A stretch of 63,191 bases of DNA, filler included, from Welwitschia mirabilis (Eukaryota), in assembly GCA_051453625.1 (NCBI GenBank). It is 5 parts of one record of this genome, joined end to end, with 100 filler letters (N's around TTAATTAATTAA, not from the genome) between each part and the next. Parts side by side here need not be neighbours in the genome. Positions count along the whole stretch, not along the records: positions 1 to 20,800 come from JBOZIK010000001.1; 4 more parts are not named here. One strand, 5' to 3'. The translations under genes were made by a program, and so were the position numbers. Shown here in pieces: positions 1 through 11,849 of the stretch. Below the pieces are notes generated by a model. That model saw only the letters and a program-made list of their open reading frames with translations. It was not told where the DNA came from and did no database searches. How positions within the stretch are numbered: position 1 is the first letter of the stretch; each line of letters starts with the position of its first letter.

Positions 1-662
1 GAGATCTTTTTAATACTTTACAAACATTACATCATAAGAAATAATGATCTTTTTATATTCTAACAAAAGGTCTTTATAATGCTTTGTATTAACTTCATAC
101 GGAATACATATGCTTGGCTAGGTATTTGGTTTAAAATTATTATGATTCTATGATGGAATTAATGCATAAAAATATGATTCAAACATTTAAAATTATTATG
201 TTCCTTTGCTATTTCCTATTTATAATTCATTATGTAGCCTTCCAGTCTTCTCTAGTAGACCTTTTAATGCTTGGATAACTATATCTAATGCATTACCTTA
301 TAAAAATGTAAATAAAATTTTATATTTAAGCATTTCTTATGTCATATCAAGAAGTGTGCTTATGAAAGTATTATTTAGTGAAGTCTTCTTTTTATCTTTA
401 GAACTTGTTATAAACATACTACCTAAATCAAAGTTATATGAGAAAAATATCTTCAATATGGTAAAATCTCATTGGAAATTTATCCATACGAAAGAACATA
501 GAAAGTATTAGGATGTTGTTTCAATCAGTTTATAGATAAAACTTAGCCTTCAACACATGATAATGGGTTAATAGTTATTATACATTAAAGCGATTGATCA
601 ACATTAGTACCTACTATTAAAGATCCATTACTTCAACCATGGAATAAAGTGAATGTAGATTC
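1..662 (+). mobile_element. Highly decayed LINE (L1-like) ORF2 3' part: zf-RVT-like region leading into an RNase H-like motif, cut by the copia insertion
   Basis: ORF 206-511 contains FNAWITISNALP, resembling the zf-RVT F..W....N.LP motif. Bases ~623-662 read PLLQPWNKVNVD. Removing the insertion and one TSD continues in frame as SCIK, giving KVNVDSC, like the plant LINE RNase H motif K.NVD(A/G)(S/A). Confidence 0.45.
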
Positions 663-1133
663 TATTAGAAGTTACCATTTGTTAACTTAATTGTGGATTG
701 AAATTAAAGTATAGTGGTTGACTATTGAACTTCTCACTAATAGTTAGTTACCTATATTTGTCTTGATAATTATTAAGGAGTAATAAGTTTTCAGTAATAT
801 TTAGTTACCTATATTTATCTTGATAAGTAATTATAATAATTAAAAAGTTATTAAGGGCTAATCTCATCCATCTACCTTGGTGCTTTATGGACACACTAGA
901 TTTAAGCTAAAAGGCATATATAATTGATCTTCTCTTTTCCCTAGAATGTATGCATAAAAATTTTCATTAGAACATAGTGTGTTCGAAAAGAAAAGGGAAG
1001 AAGGGAGAGAAAACAATTATCAAATTTCTACATAAATTTATTGGTATGACTTCTTCTTCATTAAATTAAGGTATGTAAAAATCATAGAGTTCAACATCCT
1101 TATAAATTAAAGTAATTTCTGCTTACGTTTACA
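663..1133 (+). repeat. 5' LTR of the Bianca-like element
   Basis: T(A/G)TTAGAAG...GTTTACA. Aligns with 7141-7623 and 9610-9948. Contains an internal ~60-70 bp duplicated unit (..CTAATAGTTAGTTACCTATATTTATCTTGATAA..). Confidence 0.9.
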
Positions 1134-1145
1134 TGGTATCAAAGC
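1134..1145 (+). promoter_or_regulatory. Primer-binding site (tRNA-iMet)
   Basis: TGGTATCAAAGC directly after the LTR end; canonical sequence is TGGTATCAGAGC. Confidence 0.85.
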
Positions 1146-1696
1146 ATGTACTAAGAGATCAGTGATTTTCCATATGATGAATTACATTTGCTGTGAAAGA
1201 AAATTAATCTAATGAGATTTTTTTTAATTCTTCAATGATGTTTGGAATTAAAATCTAAATTTTAAAGTGCAAATAATTTTTTTCTCTCCTTTATGGCATC
1301 GATGCCCATGTATAGATGATAATTAGCTTGGGTTGAATAAGATTTTGACCTTTATGTTTGTACTTCATATTTCACATTTAGGCAAGGGGAAGTAGAATTA
1401 GTTCTTTATTATGAAATATTTAGGGGCCTTATGCATGATCTAGTAAATGGAATTATTTTATTATTTTATCATGAAACTGAAGTTAACATGAATCTTCATA
1501 TTTGAGGGCAGTTACTACTAAATTTAGTTTTATAGCAATTTCTTATTGGTAATGGAAGTTTCTCTTTTATGATAATTCTTGAGAAATTTTAGATTGNNNN
1601 NNNNNNNNNNNNNNNNNNNNNNNNNNNNNNNNNNNNNNNNNNNNNNNNNNNNNNNNNNNNNNNNNNNNNNNNNNNNNNNNNNNNNNNNNNNNNNNN

Positions 1697-1977
1697 TCAT
1701 CCATCCATCTTGGTGCTTATTGGACACATGAGATTTAAGCTAAAAGGCATATATAATTGGTCCTCTCTCTATCCTAAAATGTATGCATAAAATTTCCATT
1801 AGAATAGAGCGTGTTTGAAAAGAAAAGGGAAAAAGGAAGAGAAACCAATTATCAGAGTACTGCATAAATTTGTTGGTATGACTTCTTTTTCATGAAATCC
1901 AGGTATGTGAAAATCATAGATTTCAAGATCTTTATGAATTAAAGTGATTTATGCTTATGTTTACATGGTATCAAAGC
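1697..1977 (+). repeat. Partial LTR (to 1965) plus PBS (1966-1977) of a second Bianca-like copy
   Basis: Repeats ~863-1145 with substitutions and starts right after a 100-N gap. Confidence 0.85.
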
Positions 1978-2435
1978 ATGTCTTAAGAGATCTGTGATTT
2001 GCCATATGATGGATTACATTTGTTGTGAAAGAAAATTGATCTAATGAGATTTTTTAATTCTTCAAAGATGTCTGGAATTAAAATCCAAAATTTGAAGTGA
2101 AAATAAATTTTTTTCCCTCTCTTCCTTACAACATCAATTCCCATGTATAGATGATAATTTCCTTAGGTTGAATAAAATTTTAACCTTTATGTTTGTACTT
2201 CATATTTCATGTCTAGGCAAGGGGTAGTAGAATTGGTTCTTTATTATGAAATATTCAAGGGCCTTATGCATGGTCTAGTAGATGTAATTATTTTAATATT
2301 TTCTCATTACAATAAAGTTAACATGAATCTTCATATTTAAGGGCAGTTACTGTCAAATTTAGTTTTATAGTAATTTCTTATTAGTGATGGATGTTTTTCT
2401 TTTATGATAATTCTTAAGAAATTTCAGATTTTTAT

Positions 2436-3735
2436 ATGCTACCATGTATGTCTCAAATGAAAATTATGATGTAAATGCATAACCTTATCTTAATCAAAAT
2501 AATTTAAGATCACCAAAGTAACTAAGCTAGATTGATTAAAATGTTATGCATAAAATAGTCATTTATTCATGATACTTATGAAATTCTTAATATGAATTGG
2601 TAAATAAATGATGTTTATTAGTTAGTAGAACTAAAGGATTTTCCCAAAGGAAAATTAATTTTCTATGACTGATGAACATAACTAAAGAAAATTAAAGTTC
2701 TTTAATCAAATATATATTTGTTCATCCGAAGATGACATATGTATTTGATTGGGAATTTTAATTTCTTATTTATGATATTAGTGGCATTTATTTATGATAG
2801 TGTGTTGTAGGATTTGCCCACAGGTATACTACAATATACTCTTATGTTTTATCTAAATCAATTATGAAACTAATTTTAGCATTTATATTTTATTATAGCA
2901 AATTCTCTTCATTTACAAGCTTCTTCTATAACTGTATTTAATGGTTTGAACTTTTTTGAATGGAGTGAGCAAGTTAATTTCCACTTAGATGTTTTGGATC
3001 TTGACTTGGTACTTCTAGAAAAAAAGCCTGCTACTATGAGGGATTTAAGAAATAAGGAGAATAAGTCTAAATATAAAGCATGAAAATGATCTAAGAGGTT
3101 AAGCTTTATATTTATGTGAATGAATATTGCCAATAATACTAAGACTACTATTCCATAGACAGAAAGTGTAAAAGAATATCTAAAGTTTATGAAAGAATGC
3201 TTTCATTTAATTGATAAGTCATTCACTAGTACACTAATGGCACAACTCACAACCATGAAGTTTGATAGGTCTTGGAGTATGCAAGAACATACCATTGAGA
3301 TGATTAATATTATAGCAAGACTAAAGAATTTAGAAATGGCTATGGATGACTTCTTTTTGGTTTAATTTATTATAAACTCATTACCTCTTGAATATGATGC
3401 ATTTTGGATTAATTAAAATACTATTAAGGATAAGTTAGATGTTAATGAATTGGCTAGTAAGCTTATTCAGGAAGAGAACAGGCTTAAGGATATGGGAAGT
3501 CATTTTGTCAACCTAACTATTCAAGGAGCTGGTAAAGCACTGAAATCAAAAGCCAAGGGTTTTAAAAAAAAAGAAAAGCTTCACTCAAGTTCCTTAGGTA
3601 TAAAATAAAGCAATGAATGATGATAAGTGTCGATTCTATAGGAAATAAGGACTCTATCAAAAAGATTGCCCTAAATGTAAGGCTTGGTTCGAAAAGAAAG
3701 GAATTTCTTATAATACAAATCACAAGCTAAACTAA
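2436..3735 (+). pseudogene. gag: Decayed gag, with a predicted intron at 2446-2898
   Basis: ATG CTA CCA T|GTATGT...TTTTATTATAG|CA AAT TCT joins in frame to MLPSNSLHLQASSITVFNGLNFFEWSEQVNFHLDVLDLDL. A decayed zinc knuckle lies at ~3628-3669. The frame ends KAWFEKKGISYNTNHKLN*. Many stops and frameshifts. Confidence 0.8.
2475..2840 (+). other. Array of four long stem-loops in the predicted gag intron
   Basis: Imperfect inverted repeats at 2475-2551, 2611-2679, 2685-2767 and 2799-2840. The loops are CAAA, CAAA, CGAA and CACA, each closed by a C-G pair. Confidence 0.8.
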
Positions 3736-6700
3736 TAATTTCCTATATGTTGGGAGTCATATGAGGTCTTTAATTGAAGGCATAGGAACTTATGGTTTGT
3801 TCTTGCATATTAGTTATCATGTAGACCTATTACAGACTCTTTGCGTACCTTCAATATCTAGGAACGTTATTTCTTTTCTTTAATTGGATGTTTGTGGTTT
3901 TGATTTTAATAGTGGACATGATTGTTTTAATTTATATAAGAATTCTCAACTTTTTGGTTTTAGTGTTCTTACTGATGGTTTATATACATTGAAACTTAAT
4001 GGTAAATTTGCTAAACCTCTGCTTACAATGCATCAAAATATTAGAATTAAGTATAGCATAATTAATGAAAGATTCACTTACTTGCGGCATAAATGTTTGG
4101 ATCACATATCCAAATAAAGAATAGAAAGATTACTAAAGAATGAGTTTCTTTTGAATCTAGATTTTGGTAATCTTGGTTTATGTATGAATTGCATTAAGAG
4201 GAAGCAAACTAAACATAATAAGAAAGAAGCCACAAGAAGCCAAGAAGCACTCAGTTTCTTGAAATTATACACAATGAGGTATGTGGACCTTTTACACTCC
4301 ATCCTTTGGTGAAGAAAGATATTTTATCACTTTTATCAATTAATTTTCATGTTATGGATATGTCTATTTTCTGAAAGAAAAATCTTAAGTTGTAGATACT
4401 CTTAAAGTTTATATTAATAAAGTTGAAAGACAATTAGATAAGAAAGTAAAAGTTGTAAGATCTAATAGAAATGGTGAATACTATGAGAAACATCATGAAA
4501 TAGGACAATGTCTAGGTCCATTTGTAAATTGTCTTGAAAGACATGGCATATGTACATAATACACTATGCTATACACACCTCAAAAAAATGGTGTGATTAA
4601 AAGACGCAATAGAACATTAATGGATAAGATTAGGAGTATGATGATTTATTCATCATCATCCAAATCTCTCTAGATGTATGCATTAAAGACAATAATGTAT
4701 CTGCTAAATAGGGTTCCTAGTAAGGTATTTCCAAAAACTTTTTTTGAGTTATGAACAAATAGAAAACCTAGTCTGAGACACCTATATGTTTAAAGTTTCC
4801 TAGTAGAAGCAAGAGTCTATAATCCATACAAAAATAAATTAGATTATTGAATGGTTAATGGTTACTTTATTGGTTACCTAAATAAATCTAAAGGGTATAC
4901 ATTTTATTATTCTAATCATAGTAAAAACTAGGAATGCAAAATTCCTTAAAAATGTGAATTTAGTGCAAGTGTAGAATAACAAAATATGGACATAAAGGAA
5001 GTTAAGGTAAATATTCCTTTACTTATAAGTGTTCATATATCCATTGTTGTTCCAAATGTTGTTCTAGTTGTTGAAGAACATCATCTTAATGCTGAACAAC
5101 ATATAAATGATAAAAAACCCCATGAAGAAAATAACTCATTGAAGATCTGATGCAAATGAGCCACAAGAAACACCTTTAAAAAGATCTCAATGAATAAGGA
5201 AATTAGCTATTCCTAGAGGGTATTAAACTTATTTGCTAGAATTATATCTTGACATTAGAATTAATAAAGATTTTGATTCATTTTCACAAGCCATAGAATG
5301 TGCTGAGACTGAGAAATGGATTAATGCCATGAAAGAAAAGTTAAAATCAATGTATAAGAATAAATTATAGAATATCATTGAATTGCTAGAAGGTTATAAA
5401 CGAGTTATATATAAGTAGATCTTTAAGGCCAAGCTTGACTCAAATGGTAATATTGAAATATATAAAGCTAACTCAAAATGATGGCATTGGTTGTAAAGAG
5501 ACATTTTCACCCATCTCAAAAAAAGACTCTTCACATATCATCATGGCATTGGTGGCTTATTATTGCTTGAAGTTACACTAAACAAATGTTAAAACAACCT
5601 TTCTAAATGATAACCTTAAATAGGAAGTTTATATAAACCAACCTAAAGGTTTCTTAGTTGAAAAAAAAGGTTATATGATGTGTAAACTCAAGAAATCAAT
5701 ATATGAACTGAAACAAGATTCCAAGAAATGTTATATTAAATTTAATGATACCATTACTTCTTTTGATTTTGAAGAAAATCTTATTGATCATTGTACATAT
5801 CAAAAGATTAGTGGGATCAAATTTCTATTTTTAATTCTATATATTGATGATATCTTTTTAGCTACTAATGACTTGGGCATGTTATGTGAGATAAAAGACT
5901 ACCTCTCAAAGAATTTTAAAATGAAAGATATGGGTAAGGCATCATATGTAATAAGAATTGAAATATTCCGTGATAGATCACAAGAACTATTGGGATTGTT
6001 TTAAAAATAATATATTAAAAAAATTCTTGAGAGATTTAATAGGTAAAACTATTTTACTAGAATTGTTTCAATTTAGAAAGGGAACAAATTTAGTTTCATC
6101 TAATGTCCGAAGAATGACCTAGAATGAAAATAAATGAAATCATTTTCTTATGCCTCTATTATTAGAATTTTATGTATGTACAAACTTGTACAAGACAAGA
6201 TATCCGTTTTGTGGTTGGAATGCTAGACAGGCATCAAAGTAATCTAAGAATGATCATTGAAAAGCTGTGAAAAAAGTTTTAAGATATCTTCGAGGCTACA
6301 AAAATGACATACTCATGTATAAGAGATCTAGTCATTTGAAAGTGATTAGATATTCAAACTCAAATTTTGCTAGGTGCATTGATAGTAGAAAGTCCACTTT
6401 TGGCTATTTATTTCTTCTTGGAGATGGATCAATATCATGGAAATATGCCAAGAAATCTATAATTACCTCATAAACTATGGAAGCAAACTTTGTGGCATGT
6501 TTTGAAGCTATAATACATGCATTATGGCTATAGAACTTTATTTCAAGACTTGGTGTTATCAATTCCATTACTAAACCACTAAAAATTTACTGTGATAATT
6601 TTTTAGTAGTTTTTTCCTCCAAAAATGTCAAATACTCAAGAGGTATCAAGAATTTGGAATTAAAGTATCTTATTGTTAAGGAGAAAGTTTAAAAACAAAG

Positions 6701-6830
6701 AGTGTCTATTGAACATATTAGAATGGATCTTATGATTACAGATTTATTAACTAGAGCTTACAACCAAAGACATTTAAAGAACATTTACATAGAATGGGTC
6801 TTGGTTATCCTTTTGAACAATGTATTAAGG
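3701..6830 (+). pseudogene. pol: Decayed pol (protease C-terminal part, integrase, RT, RNase H)
   Basis: LYVG..IEGIGTY, VPSISRNVIS, HKCLDHISK, EIIHNEVCGPF, LYIDDI, FKMKDMG, DSRKSTFGY and KIYCDN, all with many stops and frameshifts. Confidence 0.9.
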
Positions 6831-7124
6831 ATGTATGATACTCTAAACTTACTTATATGTTTATAAAGTATACTATTTTGTTTCTAGTTATGTTGTGGAT
6901 TATTATACTATTGTATGTATTACTAATAGACCTAGTATAGTAATATATTGATGCTTGTGATATATGAAAAGAAGTATGCTATGTATTTAATGTATAACTG
7001 TCATAACTTGCATTTAGTATTTTATCATATTGAGGTAATTATGAAATCTTAGAGGATGAGTTTTGATGCTGAAAGATTATGCATCATACTTATGTTTTAT
7101 TATGTTTAATTTCATCAAACTTTT

Positions 7125-7623
7125 AGGCCAAGTAGGAGAATGTTAGAAGTTATCATTTGATAACTTAATTATGGCTTGAAATTAAGGGATGATGGTTGAC
7201 CATTAAAATTTCCACTAATAGTCAGTTACCTATATTTATATTAATAATTATTAGGTGATAATAGTTGACCATTAAAACTTTCCACTAATATTTAGTTACC
7301 TATATTTATCTTGATAATTAATTATAATAATTGAAAATTTATTAAGGATTAATCTCATCCACCCACCTTGGTGCTTAATGGATACATGAGATTTAAGCTA
7401 AAAGGAATATATAATTAGTCCTTTCTTTTAATTAGAATGTACACACAAAACTTCAATTAGGATAGAGCATGTTTGAAAAGAAAAGGAAAAAAGAAAAAGA
7501 AACTAATTATTAGAGTACTGCATAAATTTATTGGTATGGCTACTTCTTCATCAAATATATGTATGTGAAAATCATAAGTTTTAAGAACCTTATGAATTAA
7601 AATGATTCATGCTTATGTTTTTA
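7125..7623 (+). repeat. PPT (7125-7140) and 3' LTR (7141-~7623)
   Basis: AGGCCAAGTAGGAGAA followed by TGTTAGAAG; aligns over the full length with LTR 663-1133. Confidence 0.9.
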
Positions 7624-7723
7624 GTATTATGATATGAAAACTAAAGGAAAAGTATTAAAATAATCATACATATGAAATTAAACATATAGAGAAATGAAAC
7701 TCTTAGATCACATTAGGCACATC

Positions 7724-7727
<4 letters not shown>

Positions 7728-7777
<50 letters not shown>
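7728..7777. repeat. (AT)n microsatellite running into a gap
   Basis: Perfect AT dinucleotide run. Confidence 0.95.
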
Positions 7778-7877
7778 NNNNNNNNNNNNNNNNNNNNNNN
7801 NNNNNNNNNNNNNNNNNNNNNNNNNNNNNNNNNNNNNNNNNNNNNNNNNNNNNNNNNNNNNNNNNNNNNNNNNNNNN

Positions 7878-9240
7878 CTATACTTGTTGATAAAGGATAT
7901 ACTCAAAAGGATGGCATTGATTGTAAAGAGACATTTTCATCCATCTCAAAGAAAAGACTCTTTGCATATCATCATGGCATTGGTGGCTCATTATGGCTTG
8001 GAGTTACACCAAGCAGATGTTAAAATAGCCTTTCTGAATGATAACCTTAAATAGGAAGTTTATATAAACCAACCTAAAGGTTTATCAGTTGAAGGAAAAG
8101 GTTATATGATGTGTGAACTCAAGAAATTAATATATGGAATAAAACAAGATTTAAGGAAATGGTACAATAAGTTTAATGATACCATTACTTCTTTTAGTTT
8201 TGAAGAAAATATTATTAATAATTATACATATCAAAAGATTAGTGGGAACAAATTTCTATTTTTAATTCTAGATATTGATTATATCTTTCTTACTACTAGT
8301 AACTTGAGCATGTTTTGTGAGATGAAATACTATCTCTTAAAGAATTTTAAAATGAAAGATATGGGTGAGGCATCCTATGTAATAAGAATTGAAATATTCC
8401 ATGATAGATCATAAAGATTATTGAAACTATCTTAGAAAGCATATATTAAAAAAAAATCCTTGAGAGATTTAATATGTAAAACTATTATGCTAGAATTGTT
8501 TCAATTCAAAAAGGGGGAAAATTTAGTCTCATGTAAAGTCTAAAGAATAACTTAGAACAAAAACAAATGGAATCATTTACTTATGCTTTTGTTATTAAAA
8601 GTCTTATGTATGTGCAAACTTGTATAAGATCGAATATCAGTTTTATGGTTAGAATGCTAAGTAGATATGAAAGTAATCTAGGAATGGATCATTAGAAAGC
8701 TGCAGAAAAAAAAAAATTAAGATATCTTCAAGGCATGTATAGAAAATCTAGTTACTTGGAAGTGACTGGATACTCAGATTTAGATTTTTCTAAATGCATT
8801 GACAATAGAAAATCTACTTTTGGCTTTTTTTCCTTTACTTTTTGGAGAAGAAGCAATATCATGGAAAAGTACAAAGAAATATATCATTCCCTTATCAACT
8901 AGGGAAGAAGAATTTGTGGCATGTTTTGAATCTATAATACATGCATTATGGCTACAGAACTTTATTTTAGAACTTGGGTTTATCGATACCATTACCAAAT
9001 CACTAAAAATTTACTGTGATAACTTTATCATAGTGTTTTTCTCCAAAAATGATAAATACTCAAGAGGTGTTAAGCATATGAACTTAAAGAACTTTTTAAT
9101 TAATGAGTAAGTTTATAAATAAAGAGTGTCTATTAAAGATATTAAAATGGACCTTATGATTGCAATTCTATTAACTAAAGGTTTACAACCAAAGACATTT
9201 GAATAACATGCACATAGAATGGTCTTGGTTATCCTTTTGA
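7878..9240 (+). pseudogene. pol: Second decayed RT-RNase H copy of the same Bianca-like family
   Basis: Collinear, diverged copy of ~5470-6820 (GYTQKDGIDCKETFS, FKMKDMGEASYV, KIYCDN). Confidence 0.9.
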
Positions 9241-9593
9241 ATGATGTATTAAGTTTGTATGACATTTTGAGCTCACTTATGTGTTTCTAAAGTACACTAT
9301 TCCATTTCAACTTATATTGTGCACATAATGTTTTAAATGTTATAACATGAATGATCTAAAAACATTAATGTGGACTATGTTATATGTATCACTTATAGAC
9401 CTAATATGGTAAGATACTAATGTTTGTGATATATGGAAGAAAGTATGTTATGTGTTAAATGTATAACCACCATAACCTACATTTAGTATTTTATCATATT
9501 AAGGTAATTATGAAGTCTTGGAGGATGAGTTTTAATGCTAAAAGCTTATGCCTTATACTTATGTTTTATTGTTTTTAATTTTATCTAACTTTC

Positions 9594-10470
9594 AGGCCAA
9601 GTGGGAGAATGTTAGAAGTTGCCACTTTGTAACTTAATTGGAGCCTGAGATTAAGGAATAATGGTTGATCATTAAAATTTCCACTAATAGTTAGTTACCT
9701 ATATTTATCTTGATAGTTATTAAGGGATAATGATTAGCCATTAAACTTTCCACTAATAGTAAATTGCCTATATTTAGCTTAATAATTAACTATAATAATT
9801 AGAAAGTTATTAAGAGCTAATCTCATCCATTCACATTTGTGCTTAATAAACATACCAAGTTTAAGCCAAAAGGCATATATAATTGGTTTTCTCTCTGCCC
9901 TAGAATGTACCCAAAAAATTTCCATCAGAATAGAGTGTGTTTAAACAANNNNNNNNNNNNNNNNNNNNNNNNNNNNNNNNNNNNNNNNNNNNNNNNNNNN
10001 NNNNNNNNNNNNNNNNNNNNNNNNNNNNNNNNNNNNNNNNNNNNNNNNCATTAAAATTTCCACTAATAGTTAGTTACTCACATTTATCTTGATAATTATT
10101 AAGAAATAATGGTTGACCATTAAAATTTCCACTAATAGTCAGTTACCTATATTTATCTTTATAATTAATTATAATAATTTGGGAAATTATTAAGGGCTAA
10201 TATCATCCATCCATCTTGGTCTTGGTGGACGCACTAGATTTAAGCTAAAAGGCATATATAATTGATCCTCTCTCTGCCCTAGAATGTACACACAAAACTT
10301 CCATTAGAACAGAGTGTGTTTAAAAGGAAAAGGGAAGAAGGGAGAGAAACCAATTATCAAAATGTTGCATAAATTTGTTGGTATGACTTCTTCTTCATCA
10401 AATCTAGGTATGTAAAAATCATAGATTTCAAGATCCTTATAAATTAAAGTTATTTACACTTATGTTTATA
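9594..10470 (+). repeat. PPT (9594-9609) and 3' LTR pieces (9610-9948 and 10049-10470)
   Basis: AGGCCAAGTGGGAGAA followed by TGTTAGAAG. Two overlapping LTR pieces are separated by 100 N. Confidence 0.88.
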
Positions 10471-10850
10471 TATTCTTGCATTAAAATCTACTTTTAATTA
10501 GAGTTTGAAGAAATATTACTAATTAATAAAAAGGTTAAATAACATGGCTATAAGATTATTCATCAATGCATCCTTTGTCAGTAATATGAAAACTCACATT
10601 AATAAAATAAAAAATTAAATACAAAAAAAAAAGAAAAAAAACTAGGTCATGACAAAAAAAAAGATTAAAAATTTTTAATTGAAAAAAAAGAAGAATATTG
10701 TTGGGCATTTAAAGATCTTTATCTAAAGTTTTACTAAAGAAATTAGTAGATGTACCACAAATTTCTAGAGGTAAACTAAAGCCCTTATCTTCTCACTTAG
10801 GAATTTAGTAATCATTTAAAATATTATCTATCTACTATTCTTTACATCTT
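10471..10850 (+). mobile_element. Probable continuation of the decayed LINE RNase H region
   Basis: Continues the KVNVD frame (SCIK...EFEEILL, possibly a G-to-A decayed GFGGIL). The right boundary is uncertain. Confidence 0.35.
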
Positions 10851-11227
10851 AATTTTTCATTTAAGTACAATGTTCTCTACTATCTATATGAAAAGTATTG
10901 ATTTAATAATCAACATGCTTTTCAACATGGCTTTTGTAGTATTTAAAAGAAATTAAAAATTTATGGTTGTCATTAAAAATATATTATCTAATATATTTTT
11001 AAAATAAACATTAATGAAAGTAAGAAAATATCAGTTACTTCTTAGTCTCAATTAAGATTGATTGACTTACATTGGAGTGCATAAACTTTAACTTCCTTAT
11101 GACTCTATGAAAACTCTTCTTAAATGGTTTTCTTATGTTATTAAACAAAATGCATGCACTAAATTTCATATTCTTCAACTTTAAGATCTATAGAAAATTC
11201 TTCACCTTTAAATAGTATGTTATCTTT

Positions 11228-11415
11228 AATGTGTGTTCTATTTAATGTGTACAATTTTTCAATGTAATTTTTATATGGAAAATGTGTGTTAACTTTATTG
11301 TTAACGTGTGTTACCTTTAATATAATCCTCATATGAAAAATGTGTATTAAATTCATCTATAATGTGTGTTAACTTTAATGTTACTATCATATGGATAATG
11401 TGTATTACCTTTAAT
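11228..11415. repeat. Degenerate short tandem motif AATGTGT(G/A)TTA(A/C)CTTTA
   Basis: About six imperfect copies at irregular spacing. Confidence 0.55.
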
Positions 11416-11849
11416 TTATGTTGTTTATGTTTTTATAAATTAAAATAATGTATTATATTTTTTAAAGTAAAGCCCTTAGTATAGTCATGATTGTTATCAT
11501 ATTTTAGATGTGTCACTTTTAAACAACATACAACTACTTTGTTGTTCACATTACATTGTATATTTAACTTTAATTTTGATTATGTAACAATAAATTTAAA
11601 TACATGAAATTTTATATTAAGTTGCTTCTATTATTTATTTTATCTTTATTGAAATAAAATTTTCAAATGTGAAATCTCTAATATAAACTTATTTAGGTAC
11701 ATCATTTTTTCAGGCATTATGACATTAAGCAACTTTTCCTAGAAAAGTAAATGAATTAAAGTTTGTGATAATGATAAAAAAATTTTATTAATACTATTAA
11801 GAAATGACTTTAAACTAGAATCTTATATCCACATTGAGATTTATTTTAT

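Larger units (their letters stand above)
663..10470 (+). mobile_element. Ty1/copia LTR retrotransposon, Bianca-like lineage, decayed; assembled as a mosaic of several copies
   Basis: Five LTR copies or pieces, two tRNA-iMet PBS, two PPT, and gag-INT-RT-RH domain order. The outer ends are flanked by a near-perfect 5-bp TSD, GATTC (658-662) / TATTC (10471-10475). The gag motifs FNGLNF..WSEQV.FHL.VLDLDL and KDCPK.KAWFEKKG and the RT motif ETFSPISKKDS match Bianca as I recall it. Confidence 0.9.

Noticed and set aside
580-662. Copia gag N-terminus (DPLLQPWNKVN)
   Set aside because: The rejoined flank gives KVNVDSC and the upstream zf-RVT-like text fits a LINE better, although both readings are weak.
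663-10470. Genuine tandem multi-LTR retrotransposon array
   Set aside because: Every junction between copies falls at a 100-N gap, and one internal LTR has a foreign flank. A scaffolding mosaic is simpler.
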